A stretch of 64,000 nucleotides of DNA. Origin: Calcarisporiella thermophila CBS 279.70. Taxonomy: Eukaryota; Fungi; Calcarisporiellomycota. The notes beneath the pieces were generated by a model. That model had not been told where the DNA came from. It ran no database searches and saw only the letters and a list, made by a program, of their open reading frames with translations. The stretch lies in assembly GCF_041956535.1 (NCBI RefSeq), contig NW_027192214.1, forward strand, positions 363,309 through 427,308, read 5' to 3'. Below are positions 37,322 to 51,222 of the stretch, in pieces (position 1 is the first letter of the stretch; every line of letters begins with the position of its first letter). Both the position numbers and the translations under genes were made by a program.

Positions 37322-39233
37322 ATGTGTTGTGGAATGGCAAGGTGGAAACGAGAGGTGGTGGAGGAGCACAAGTTCGACTACGTGGATGTGAATGAATTCT
37401 ATGACCCAAGTTGCTTTACAAAGATCAAATACTTCTTTGTGTTTGTGGTGCGTATCCGTGGATTGTGCATGGCTGAGGATGTGATTTCATTTCTATCCTT
37501 TCATTTAGGTGTTCATCAAATCGTGCCTGGTGTATGCCGCTGATGTCCAGACCGCTGTCTTTCTCCTTCTCCGTGATCGGCTCTTCAGCGGGTTCGATGA
37601 TCTCAATAAAGATAGGGCCAAATTCGACATCTTTAAGTGGGTTTACTTCGGCTGTATCATCTTTTCCTTCCTGCTGCTGACCTACGACGTGTACCGTGCA
37701 CGAGCCATTATTGCATCGCGAGACATTGCCTTCTCATTTACCTCGACCATCACGTATCGCTTTTATGTGCTGCGGAGCTACGCCTACTATTGCTTCTTCT
37801 CCAGGATCCACGAAAGCAAGACTCGAAGCGACGAGGTCGCCTTCTTCGTGTTTTTCACCCTGAAGGGCTGGAAACGGCTGTTCATAGCCGAAGGGCCTCG
37901 TCAGGGTATTGCCTGCTATATTTTGTTCACTCTCTTCAAGAAATACTATGACAATCCGGAAGTTAAAGCTCTATCACCACAGCAGCTTCTCGTTGGTTTT
38001 TGGAATGGATATAATAATAATGGGACTGCAAACGGATTGCAAACGGGTGCGCAGCGATTCTCCGTTATTCTGATGAGCTTCACCCTGATCATCTGGATCT
38101 TTACTTGTGTTCACGTCACCATCGCCCTCGTCATCTATCCCTTCTTGCTTTGCAAAATCCGGGGCAATTTGAAGGAGTACTGCTGCCACAAAATCGACAA
38201 GCGCATCGGCGAGCTTCTAAAGAAGCGTCTCCGCAAACGCATGATCGAAATGGAGAAGATGAGAGAGTATCAAAGCCGCAATGGCGCGCGCTCTCCCCTT
38301 GATGGGCCGATGCCCCAGGCCACTCTTCCGGATATTGAAAAGGTGCTTAACCCAGAGAATCAGTCCTATGCACTCTCTCCCAACGCCCACCTGATGCGCC
38401 AAGGAACCGTTTTGAGCGAGGCCTCGCGGGTGCATATGCAGTCGCCCTTGCCGATGTCGCCCCCGCTTGCGCCCTATGGCGTCAAAGGAAGGTATCCGCA
38501 GCGGCAGAACACGGGCTGGTCGGATGCACAGTCGGTATGGTCGGACGGAGCGAGGTCCTATGCCAGTGAGGCGAGGAAACCGAAGAATATCCGGGACTTG
38601 AATGCGCAACAGGCCATGCTCACGGGGCTGGATGCCAAGTCGAATCTGCCCCCCGCCGCTGATTGGGGCGGCAAGATAGAGCATCCCGCCTATTCTCCGG
38701 AGCCACCACGACATCACTCCCCCTCTCCCCCGCTTGCCCCCTACTCCCCTCCCACCGCCCACTCGCATCCAGACGGCTCTGCAGAGTACCATCGCTCCAT
38801 CGCTCGAAGTGACGGCTCCATCGACTCGCAATCATCCTCGGCCCCCCTCTATTCCCACCACCACCCCCAGCCTATGCCCTCCAATTATCCTCCGCGTGAG
38901 CAGCCGCAGTATCAACCAACCTACTCGCCGCCCGAAGAGAACGGCTCACAGAGCCATCTGGTCTCCCCCACCCTGCGACACGCGGCGGTCACCACTCCCG
39001 AGTATGCACCCCAATATGAAACAGACGAGTTCCAGTGGCAGCAAAGAGATAGGCAGGCCCATGCGCAACCACAGTTTGCACACCCCCAGCAGTATGAGCC
39101 CGAGTATTCCCGAAATCCCCCGCATGAATATGAGCATCCCCCTTCGCAGCGACAGTATTCCCGCGACCCGCAAGGGTACCCGCCCGAGTTTGGGCAAAAT
39201 AGACCCGCCAACTATCGCCAGGGTCACTTTTAG
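37322..39233 (+). CDS. KCH1: Kch1-family fungal potassium transporter; 1 intron
   Basis: MCCG..WKREVVEEHKFDYV, VYAADVQTA, AFFVFFTLKGWKRL..EGPRQ, LKEYCCHKIDKRI. Confidence 0.85.
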
Positions 39234-39980
39234 GTGACCCCCCCCCCGCTCCCCTCTCCCTCTCTTTCTCCCTCCTCTCCTCTTAGAATACCCTGCTGAT
39301 GTCTATATAAATGAATACTAGTAATTCCCCCTTGCTTTGATGCTCTATTCTATTTATGCTCCCTCGATGGCCGGTGTGCTTACTAATGCTACTTTTATCT
39401 ATTTTGTAATGCCCCTTCGCTTTCCTAGCCATGTTCCTTTAGTTCTCTCTCCACACCCTCCCCTTCCTCTCATTACGGATGTTCATCTGCCTCTTCTCTC
39501 TACCCTGCTGTGTTTTGCCTCTGACTGGTTTCATGCGCAAAAATGGACTTTGCTCTTTTCACTAAGTGTACATACTTTAACTCTTTCATCTGAGATCTTT
39601 TTTATTATCTATCTCTATCTATCTATCTATCTATTAAATAGTCTATGTTTCTATTCCCCCTAGAGATGAAAAAGTTGCTGGCAAACTTGCTCATCGATGG
39701 GTGTCATTTCATTTTTTTTCTTTCTCTCTTGTTTTACCACTCAATAAAATTTGATCTTTGAATAATAACTCCCCATCTAAAGAATCCGAGCACTCTTGGA
39801 TGTGGCAAAGTCACCTCAGAAAATAGGTACGGGCCGTGGAGATATTCAACTAAGGAGCTTGGGCCAAGGCCAATCAAATCGGGCGCTGGAGAAAATTGCC
39901 ATTTCCAAGCAAATATCAGGTGGCAAAAACCGATTTTTCTCTTCACACTTTATTCTCCCCCCCCCCTGGTGTGTGGGAAG

Positions 39981-40865
39981 ATGACCCTACTCGTTTATCG
40001 TAGTGAAGAAAATGCGCCCATTCCCATTCCTCAAGGAGCGGTGCCCGTTGTCAATGTGGAGAAGGAAATCATGGATCATTTCCACCGAGGCCCTCCTCCA
40101 TGCTACGTGAGGAATCGGGGTGTGCGGCAAAAGGGGAACGAAATTGAGGTTGACATCGAAGGTAGGCGAGTAGATTAAGAATGGTGGACTATCTCAAGCC
40201 GGCTCATGCGCATTTCTTTTTCACTCTATTTAGTCAACAGCAAAAGAGTCGTGGTCTCCATCGCACAATCGCTCTCGCTGCTTCATAGGCCAGGTATGAC
40301 CGGCGTGGTTGTGTGGGATTCCGCGCTCGCGTTGCTTCTCTTCGCGATGAAGCATCGCCATTGGCTCCAGCTCTCCAGCATGCATGTGCTTGAGCTCGGG
40401 TGCGGCGTTGGCTTGGTGGGGATTGGCCTGGGCTATCTCACACGGGGGTGCATCCTCACCGACCGAGCCAGCGTGGTGGAACTGGCTCGAAAAAATATCC
40501 GCCGAAACCCTGGGATCCAGGAAAAGGTAACGGCAAGAGAGCTGCTGTGGGAGGTCAAGGACGACATTCCTCTTCCCGCCTGGGTCCGGTGTGATCTTCT
40601 CGTGGCTGCGGATTGTGCGTACAACGACGAGGTGATAGAGCCCTTTGTCTCCACGCTCGCCCGCATTTGCAGACAGGGCCGGCGCACCCTGGCCTTGCTC
40701 TCCCAGGAGCTGCGGTCGGCCGAGGTGCACGCTATGTTCCTCGAGAGAATACTTGCCGCGGGTTTTGCCATGTACAGGGTGCCCGACCGTATGCTGGAAG
40801 GGTTGGGGATTGCGGGGGTGGCCATCTATTTAGCGTGGCTACGGGAAATGCAAGTGGAAGAGTGA
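39981..40865 (+). CDS. Seven-beta-strand protein lysine methyltransferase (Methyltransf_16; Rkm5/METTL21-like); 1 intron
   Basis: GMTGVVVWDS, VLELGCGVGLVG, LTD, AADCAYN, QELRSAEVH. Confidence 0.88.
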
Positions 40866-41325
40866 GCGGCAGTGTGCTTCTCTTTCTCGCTGTTGCTTCC
40901 TTCCAAGAACTCTGCTTCCTTTTTATTTTTGGTTTCTTTGTTCCATGCTTCTTTCTGTATTTGGATTCCTCTTGCTTTGTTTTTTGTGTGTACATTGGTT
41001 CGAGCGTTGGAGAACTCTCAATGTGTGTTTTTTTCATTTATTTTTCTTTGTATTTGACCTTGTGAATGACTTGTTTCCTAAACGCTGGCTTTATTCTTTT
41101 GTGCTGCTTAAGTGGATGTTGTAAAAAAGGATCTTGAAATAAAATGCTACTCGTTTCCATCAGGTTGATATGGTTCCTATGTCGGACGATTTCATTTTCC
41201 CAAGATTAAGCTGGGAGAGCAAGGGGGATCTAGTTAACAGAATTCGGACTAGTTTCAGACATCTGTCAGACGAATCGTCATCGCGCTCTTCATAAAAGGG
41301 GGGCGAGCGTTTTTTCTTGCGGTCC

Positions 41326-42043
41326 ATGTCCGATCAAACAGGGATCGAGGGAAATGAAGTGTTCCAAATGACAACCATGAACAAGGATCCAACCAATAAT
41401 GACGAGGAATCGACACGTCAATCGCTAGAGCTCAAGATCAAGGAGCTGATAGAGACCCTGTTTGAGCTAAGCATCATGGTGTATGATTTTCAGCCGGAGA
41501 GCAATGAATTGATATACAAGAAAATGTAATATATCCATCGAAAAGAAATTCAATGTTGCATAGTCCCTATGGGGCTAGGGGAGAGAGGAGACAAATGGAA
41601 TGCTAACGATGGGTGCTCTTGCTGTTTCCATAGTAACGATTTGGTGCAACACTACTCGAGCCTCGATCATATGAAAGATTTACTTGAGCTGCAAATACCA
41701 CAAGAAGTGGTTCGGTAATGCAACCCTCTTTGGCCTCTGCACCGGCACACCCCTCCTTTGCCTGGTATTAACCCAATCTTCTTTCTCCACAGCTATGTCG
41801 AGGAAGGGCGAAATCCCGATCTATGCACTCGTGAATTCGTCCAACAAGCCGCAGTGCAAAACCAAGTGACATGCGGAAAAATCGAGGCCATGAAGGTAGG
41901 TGGATCTCGTATTTTATTTTTGAAACAAACGCTGAGCCTTCTCTCGATCGGTTGGTCCTATTCAGAATTTCCGCAATGTGTTGAGTGAAGAGATGACGAG
42001 AGCATTCCCAGAATTTGCAGATGTCTTAGAGCGGGAGCGGTGA
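41326..42043 (+). CDS. MED10: Mediator subunit 10; 4 exons
   Basis: LIETLFELSIMVYDFQ, IPQEVV, YVEEGRNPDLCTREFV, NQVTCGKIEAMK-NFR. Confidence 0.92.
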
Positions 42044-43039
42044 CTTCTTCAGCTCCTCTTATGATATTCTTTTTGTTGTGTGTGTGTGTTCTTTCTACTT
42101 CATAAGAATCTCTAGATGGCTGTATGTACATCTCTTAATTTCCACGCGTCATTGATTCTCCCCTCTCTCCCCGTATTCCTTTGCTTTGTTATGGCTTGTT
42201 TTTCTATGTCTTTCGTTCCTTTTTTCGGTTAATGCATTCTTCTTCCGCTAGCTGTTCCTCTCCGCCCGAACAATTCTTTCTCTTTTTTTCCTCTGGCCTG
42301 GAAGGGTCAGCGATGGCATTGGCAGAACCTACCCTCGTTCAAATACAATGAAAACGGATGCTATCATTATGAAGCCAATTGTCTATCTCCTCCCTAGGCA
42401 ACTTTGCCAATTCGACTCGAGTAGGCAATGTTGTCTTTTGTTCCATGCATCGGCGATCAAGGAGAGATCCGAGTGAATACTAGCATGAGGTAGCGAAAAA
42501 TGGACCTTAAAGTATATTTTGCTAAAAGAATAAACAAGGTTGCATGAGCGTGTCCCCCTGTGAACTGTATTGCTCGCTGCATTAGATAGCGTATTCTCCT
42601 GAGAGTACAGCTATCCAAATGCGAATCCTTCTGCCCCTGCAAGGCATGGAAGGAGACGCTTTCGACCAAGCCATATGGCCCGTTCGATGCGGCTTCCAAA
42701 TAAAGGAATTTTTCATCAAAACTTCTTTATGTCGGAACTTGAGCCGGTGCGCACTCTATGCAGCACCGTACACATATACAAAAAAGGACACACAGATCAA
42801 TTGAAATATTGGCATAGAGCACAACAATGTATATACGCTTGTTATTTTTTTATATATATCTATATCAAAAAGAAAGAGGTAATAGCAACAGGTGAACAAA
42901 CAAACAAAAAGGCTAACAGAAAAAAATGGAAGGCAACGAGAAACTCATAGGGAAACCAGAAAGCAAACAAACCGCGCGCATCGTCTTGAGGTGCAAAATA
43001 AAGCGCCGCAGGGGACACCGCCCCTGCTCAGGGCGGCTG

Positions 43040-46000
43040 TTAACTCTCACTCTCCTTCGATGGCTCCTTGCCCTCATCATGATCCTCTGACCCTTTTCCG
43101 TTGTATTCCTTCAGCATCCTCTCCACCTCGTCCAGCACATTCTCGTCCAGCTCGCCCACCACCACCTCCTCCTCCTCTGCCTCCTCCTCCGAAAGCCCCG
43201 AGGCCGACTCGGACTCGGATCGCTTCACGCCCAGATACGATGAATTCTGCTTGTCCTCGCCGGCCTCTTCCTCATTGGTGGGCGTCTTTGGAGGGGATTT
43301 GGTGGGCGTCTCCAACTTCGAGCTGCTTGCGCTTGCAACCGATGGGGTGGTGGACTTCCTCCCGCCAGCCGAAGGCGTCCCCACCCCACTGCCCAAGCCG
43401 TTCCCCCCCACCCGGTTGGCAATCTTGGCCCCCTCGTTCCAGAGAGAGTCGAAAATTTCGCGAGCAAGTCCGCGCTGCCGCTCCAGCTGCGGCTCGAGGA
43501 GGACAAAGGAGCGGGCAAAATCCCGATCGAAAAAGCGCTCCAGAACCTCGTCGGCAAGCACCACCATCCGAAACGAGGGGAGCGTCATGCGCAGCTCAAT
43601 GTCAGCCGTTTGGTTGACGGCGCTGACTCGCTGCTGCAGGTCCATGCCCTGGTCCAGGCGAGGGGCCTCGATTTTCGCCGCGGCGGGCGAGGCGTTGGTC
43701 GGGGGGGGCGCTTCCGAATACTCGTAGGCGTTCCGGATGAACGCGGACACGGCATTTAGGTACTGGTCGCTCTCCGCACGCCGAAAAATAAACAGCAGTG
43801 TCTCTGCCATCTGCAGCACATCCTCCCGCGTCAGGACGCCATCGCTGTCCCGATCATGCAGGGCAAAGAAGAGCTCCATTTGCGAGAAGAGATCCCCATG
43901 CAGTATCTCGCCCAGCCCAAGGACGATGTCCTGCAGCGTGAGCTTGCCCGAGTGAGACGTGTCCCACCGCTGGAAGAGCTTGTCGATGAACTTTCGCCCC
44001 ACCAAGCTTCGCGGGGCCTCCTGCGCGTCGGCCTCCCCCGCGTTGTTCGCATTGCTCGTGCTGTTTTTCAACGGCTTTCCACGCATGGCCACGTTTTCCC
44101 TCCGCTGCAGCTCCTCGTCATCGTGCACCGTGTCGGCCCACGGCGCGATGCTCGCCAGGAAGCTGCGGAATGTCCTCAAGTCCATCCGAGAGTCCGTGCG
44201 CTCGCCCTTCTGCAGGGCATAGAACTGGGCCGACTGGAATTTGTCGTAGATAATGGAGATTTCCTCCTTGGTGAACTTGGCCGTGTCCTTGAGGTTGCGG
44301 ATGGCGCTCCGCTTCGTGTACGACTCGATGTTCGCCACCACCGACAATTGATGCTCGCGGCGGAGCTCCCAGATGCGCTCAGCCGTCACCATGGCAAACT
44401 CTCGGGAGGCCACCAGCGTGAGCTCGGAGAAGCGCGTCAAGAGCCGGGCGCGGGGGTTTTTGCTGTTTGGGTACACGCGCTCGTCCAGCGTGGCAAAGTA
44501 GTCCTTCAGCACGTTGATGAAAGCGCCGTCATCGCCCGCCTCCAGGAGCTTATCGCCATTCACCTTGAGCACGGCCAGGCCGACTTGGAAGAGAACCTTG
44601 GGGCCCTCGAGGAAGAACCAGTCCAGGACCCGGAATGCGTAGATGAGGGGCATCGAGTTGATGTAGAGGCTGAGGAACCAGGGTAGACATGCGACCGAGA
44701 GTTGAATGTCCGTCTTCTTGAAATGCTCGTGGAGAACGGGCATGGTGGTCTCAACGAGCTGGGCAAAGATGAGCTGGTCCAGCAGGGCGCCGTACATCGA
44801 AGTGCTATACATCACGCAAGAAAGCACCGGTTCAGAACCGTCGACAAAAGCTTGGGCTTACAAAAAGTGTCACCTACCTATAGTAGCCGGGTAAGAGGCG
44901 ATCGCAGAGGACACTCAGCGTCCAGAACGCTTGCTCTTCGCTCATGTGTCTGTAGGTAGGTCAAATATATACATCATCCACATAGGTAATGCACAGTTCA
45001 ACGCTAGAACTCACATCAAGATAGCAGAAATGACGATGTTCATTGCCTGGCAATAGCCTAACTCTGGGTTCTTCCACGCATAGGTCGTCAGCACACGTCG
45101 CAACACGTCGATACCCTCGGGCGTCTGATAGGCGGGATATTCGGGAAGCGATCTGGCAAGGGGTAGAAAAAACTTGTAAGAACGTTCCGGGCGAAAATCT
45201 CGCCGTATATGATCAACCCACCTGTTCAAATCCTTTTCAATTTCGTCGGTCGAAAGCGATGCCTTCCCGGCATGGCTAGAGTAGATTTTCTCGTAGAGAC
45301 CCTCATTCATGAACCGCAAGTGCATAGCACCGGAGCAGTATTCCCAGATTTCCCCACGCAGTTTATTGGGCAGCCCGACCCGCACAAGCTTGTTGAACGC
45401 CGGGGTCCGAATGGTGGTCAGGTTGCGGCCATGCTCCTCAAAGTATTGCTTCCAGAGTTTGAGCTTGCTTTTATCTCGCAACCTACCGCGTGTGTATAGA
45501 ATAAGAATATGGCATGATCAGATTCAACTCAAATTGTACATACTTCTTCGCATCGCCAAGAAATCCATATTGCAATCCCAGGCCGCCCTTCACCTCATGA
45601 GACTTGTCCAGCAATAGCACCTCCGAATAACATGTGGTCAAAAAAGGCTTCAGCATTTTCATGAACTTGACCTGCGCTCGCAAATTCACCTTCAGCACCT
45701 CGCAGAAGCTTTCGCTCCGTGTCTTGAGTTCATTCAGGTAGAGGTTGAGTTTCATGTGATGCCAGGTGATGATCGAGAGAGCATAGAGGTGCGATTTTGT
45801 TTGGAGACGTTCCACCCGACGGACGGTATAAAGCGGCAGTACAAACGATACAGGTTCGCGCTCGTCAGCTGCAAAAGTGAGGAAGGTCTCGGACAAGAAG
45901 AGCCTTCCGTTTGCAACCTCAACACGCCCGTCTGATAACGGCAGACTAAAAACGGCTTTGGACTCCACCATTAAATGCTCAGTCACTGGAAGATTGAAGC

Positions 46001-47359
46001 GTAGACGGAAGTTGTTGTCGCGTTTCTGTTCCTCAAGTCCCTGCTTGAATGGGCGTGTGAGCTGGACGCGTTCGAGGGTATCTTTCACGTCAGCGAGGCT
46101 ATTGGAATCACCCATGGCTGCCTCGGCGTCTACATCGTGGAGGGATGTGCCAGAAGAGGCCATCTCAAGGGCTGTGTTCTTCAGAAGTCTTTGCATGGAG
46201 AGGCTCGTTAACTCCACTAATGTGTCATAAGTCTAAAAAAGAGGGATATAAAATATTAACTTTCCTTCCCTTATCAAGGTGAAAAACAATGCTACCTCAT
46301 CCCGATGGAACAGGTTCGAGAAACCATGCTACATGAAAGAATTAAAAGAAACTGTAAGTACGCCATTTGAGAAAAACCGTGAATTAGAGAACTCGGTGGA
46401 ATACCTCTGTCTTGTCCTTCATAATTATCCGGAGTGAGTCTGAGAACACCCCACGTTTTGATCGCTCCTTCTTCAAATCCTGAATATCCTTCAATTCCAG
46501 CACCAGTTTGGTCTCCATTCCCAGCACGTAGGAGTAGAAGCAAAGGTAGTTTTCACTGATGTACATCCAGCCTTGATTGAGGAAGTGACGATGATATGAA
46601 CATGAATAAACTAAGCGAATACGAAAGAAAAAGGTTAAGCTTCCATTTCTGTGCCGTAGAAGAGGGCTGACCGGCTACTTACAGCTAACGAGACGTTCAT
46701 TAGCTGGCATGCTAAATGTCTGACGAAATGCTCTCGAAGCAGAGCGCAGCTTCTCATCCGCCGAGAGTTCGTCATCACCAATACCTATACATGAAAATGA
46801 GTGACGATATATGAAAGGCACGGTAGGCAAAGACTGACCTGTCTCTGAAACAATAAAGTTAATTTTGGTTACTATCCAGTTTTCTTTCTCAGCCGGATCC
46901 TCTAGGACATCGAGCTTTTCTAATAAATTAGCTTAGAAAATGACAAAAATAAGCTCACGCTGTTCTCACTCGATTCTTCAGTAAATAACCAAAATTTACT
47001 TTCTATCCAAGTCCAGGCTTGTAATATTTGACTCTCTGACTCGGAAACCGCAATGAGTAAGGAAGGCGCGTTCACATCGCGTCGAAAAAGAATGCGGAAG
47101 GGTGGCTGCTTTATCTCAAATCTAAAAATACCGAGGTATGTTATAGTGGAGAACAATTCCAAAAATGCACTTTGTCCATCACTCACACATTCTGGATGGT
47201 TCCAAGCACGCTCTTGAGCATGCCCGAGCCGCCTTTTGTTCTTTGAAGCAAGAAATGATCGTTTGTGCGTACGGTGTCCCAAAAGGGATTTATAGTAATG
47301 TCTACAGGTGTGGGAAGGGTGAACACTTGCCGAGGCGGTTCACCTGCTAGAGAAGCCAT
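43040..47359 (-). CDS. GYP2: Rab-GAP with GRAM, TBC and EF-hand domains (Gyp2/Mdr1, TBC1D9-like); multi-exon
   Basis: [46 protein letters not shown]-hand [12 protein letters not shown]. Start codon approximate. Confidence 0.92.
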
Positions 47360-47945
47360 TCTTGCGATGGATGCTAATAATGATTATATCACAGTATCTA
47401 ATGAGCGGAACTTTTGAGATGAACAAGGTGGCGAAGTGCACTTTTTTTTTCAAGTCAGAGTGGCTTATGAATTAATGGGTCTCACTTGGTTCTCCAAGGC
47501 TAGGTAAAAAAGCTAGTGCTCCTTGTTGCACTCTAGGAAAAACGAAAACCCATCCACCCCCAAATGATAATTATTACAAAAACGTGCTTAGTTAACAATT
47601 TGAAAGTCCAGTACTGAGGGTAGCGAATTAGAAAAAAATTTTGTACTATATTTGTTGGAAACTTCTTCCTCAACATCAAACTTAATAGTGTGAGCGATTT
47701 TGACTAATCGAGGATATATCAATGCGCACATATACCGATTCGAGAAAAGGTTTGAAGTTGAAAAGATTGAAACTGCAATTCTCGCGGCTCTCGATTAACG
47801 CGTTTTTACGTGTATCGAGTGAACTTTGGGGAGGGTTAACGTCATCTTTAATTTAATTTGTGCTTGAAATTTTTCGAAAACACTTATTGCCCATTGACGA
47901 ACCCAATCCCAACCCATCGATTTTCACCGAAACCACCGCAGTTAT

Positions 47946-50657
47946 ATGACAACAATAGAGCCCCAGCAAGTGGATCCCACTGCTGCTGATGCCGCTACTG
48001 TATTAGACCAACAAGTACGGCGGGTGTTTGGAAATGCGAAGCGAATATGGATGAGCGAACTCCTCAAGCTTGTGGAGCAAGACGAGGCCGAGCAAGGCTT
48101 CTCCGTATTCGACGAGGGGACTAAGAACACAATACGGGAATTCGCACGTCAATATCCAACATTTGATGTCAGCGCTGACGAGCTGATTCCTAACCTTGTC
48201 GCACTCCTACAATCGCAGCAATCCCAAACGCAGGAGCAGCAGCAGCAACAATCAGAAGCAGTCGAAGAAAGGACAAAAGAAAGCACTCCGGAACCAAAAG
48301 AGTACTCAAGTGAGGATCAAGATAGAGAAGAGAAATTGTCGAATGAAAAAGACCAGCCTGCCCTTGCGGAATTTGCAGGAAGAAGGCGTACAACCCCCGT
48401 ACTGAAAATTGCAACCCCGAGTCGAAGATCGCGAAGACGGGCGGGAGGACGATCTGGAAGTGTTTCTAGCGCAGGAGGATACGAATCAGATCGAGCAGGA
48501 GTAAGCTTCACACACGCATTATCTTTCTACTTTTTGAGAACACTTATTCTTTTATTCCTGTTTGTAGAGCCCAGATACTTTGGGAAGATCCACCGATTAC
48601 TTTGCTCGCTCAACAGACTCGCCCACCAGGCAGCAACGCGTGGAAAGCCCATCACTTCCATGGCCGGATCCCTCCCTCAATGGCAACCCAGAGTTTGGGC
48701 CTGATGAGGGGTTAATCACAATGAACGAATTTTTCCATCCAGATGTATGGTGCTACCTATTTCATATGCATTTTACACTCATTAACGTCTTATTTTTGCG
48801 ATTATTTTAGCTTCCCCCTGGAACTACGGTTGAGCAATTGTTAGAAGAAAATAAGGAGCTACATCAAAAGCAGCGTCAGGCAGAGGAGATGGAGAAGCAG
48901 CTCCATCAACGGGAGGAGGAAATCCAAAGACTACGACGTGAGCAGCGAGATTTGAATGGTCAATTTCTGTCTCTCAAACGTGAGAACAACGAGCTCTTGA
49001 ACAGAGAGAAGAAGAGGGCGAGTGAAATATCCCAGGTATATCTTTATTAATATTACCGTTTCATTTCAACAAACCTGACGCAATTATTTTATTTTTCATT
49101 AAGCTTCAAGAGGAACTCTCCAAGGCCGTCAAAACAGCTAACGATAACAAGCGTTCGAGTGAACAGAACATGAGACTGTATGATTCTAAATCAGGTTAGT
49201 TTCATTTACTTATTCCGGGATCATTTTTGAAAAATCAAATATACTTTCTGCAATTTCCAGAGGAGGTTGGTAAACTTCAACAAGTCATGCGCCAGAAAGA
49301 GCAGCACCAACAAGCGCTGCAGAACAGCATCAATGAGCTCGAGGACGAAAAGCGACGTCTCACTATCGAAAAGGACCGGTTCGAGTCTGCAGCGCGTGAT
49401 TTGCGACACGAGCTACTCTCGGTGGAATTGGAACGTGACAACGTCAACAACGATCTACAACGCATGGAAGAAGCCTATCAAGAACTGAAAAAGCGATATG
49501 AAGAAGCTCGATTAGAGAGATCAAGTGCCGGAGTTGTATCGAAACGCCCAGAGGCTGTCAAGGTTAATTTGAATTTGAAAGATATTTTTTAGCTCCTACT
49601 GATATTTTTATTTTCTTGCAGACGCTTCATTCGGAACTACTTGATTTGGGTCTGCGTGAGCCAAATGATCCGCTCAAACGCTCATGGTCTCGCAATTCCC
49701 AGGTACCCAAACGAATTATTTTACTGAAATTTAAGATTGTTTTATAACCTTTTTTTTTTAATAGACGGACCGCGTTAAATCTCTCGAAGAGAAAGTCGAG
49801 TATTACAAGCAAGAAGCAGATAAAGCACGTTCAAAATCACTAAGCGGTATTTACACACATGCTCTTTCTTTTTTCGTGCTCAAGCGTTCCATATTTATTT
49901 TTATTTTTAAATAGTGCAAGAGCAATACCAGACTTACCGGGCTACCATGGAATCCGGCAAACAGCAGCTCCGTGAGCAGATCCAGACTCTCGAGCTAGAG
50001 CTTCATCGCCAAAAGGAGGCCAATCTAGTCCTGTCTTCAGCGACTGGCCCCTCCATGTCTGAGGTGGGCGTTCAACATGTTCCTGTCATGCAAGATCGCG
50101 ATGTTCAAACCCAGACGACCACTCATACTATCTCTGTGCAATGCGAGCCGTTGCTCAGGGCAGAGGCATCTGTCCAATGTGCGCTGGGTGGCAGCAGTCT
50201 TGAAGGTGATAGAGAGATCAGAATAAGACAGCAGGTGCTAGCCTCAGAACTCAGCGTGCAGGCTGCGTTGGTGGAGGGATTACTAAAGACGCACAGAGAA
50301 CGTAGCAAGAAGAAGGCTGAATCCCTTGCCGGCCAACAAGAAGCTGCTCGCAATACCTTGGGCACTTCCCACGCTGCCCCTCTCCCCTCGGCCATCACCA
50401 CTAAACCCCCTCTCGCCTCTGTCCAGAGCTTGCGGAACGATTTCTTCGGCTCGGTCACGGTTATCGCTATTGTGGTTTATTTGCTTGGTGTAATCTCCTC
50501 AAAGTGGATGCAATCTCATCCTGATCCCGACTTCCCCTTGCCGGGGTGGGCAGGCGGTTTCGCATCTGTGCACTCTAGAAGTGGTATGATGGAAATGTTT
50601 GTATATTGGTGGGAAACATTGCTTTGGAGCGGCGACTCGGCAGGTTTACCTACGTAG
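47946..50657 (+). CDS. Coiled-coil tail-anchored protein with a KASH-like C-terminus; multi-exon
   Basis: Long heptad regions, a single TM (VTVIAIVVYLLGVISS) and a short tail ending WWETLLWSGDSAGLPT*. Confidence 0.75.
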
Positions 50658-51222
50658 TTTTTTCTTCACGTTTGTATGCCTATATAAACACTCTACATTA
50701 CTATACTAATTTGACGATTTTTCTTTATTTTTTCATCCGCTTATATTTATAACCCCATTGTTTGTGAACAATAATATCTTATAGTGTCCAGCTGTATATT
50801 TGTAAACCACTCTCCTTTTTAAGCACCATCTCTCTTCCTCCTTTATTTCCACTCTATATCTGCAAATTTTGTTTTCGCTTTCTGCTCTCTACGTAATAAT
50901 ATTTAGCGTTTTTATCAGTGATTTTTTTTTTCAAGGAATATAGCTCAATTCTGAAGGAAATAAACGCAATGCAGAACTGCATTGATATTTTTCGAAGATT
51001 CTATTGTTTCAAGCTTTCACCGGTGGAGTTAGAGAGCTCATATTAGAAACTCATACGAGTTGAGAGAATCCAGGAGAAGATAGCCATTTCTTTGAACTTT
51101 ATTCTGCTGCAACTAAAATAGTATTTGGTAAACATCGATGGAAAGTTAAAAAAAAAGGGGGGGGGGGAGGTAAAGTGTCAATCATCTAAAAGAGAAAACT
51201 ACGGAAAATGTAATGTATCAAA

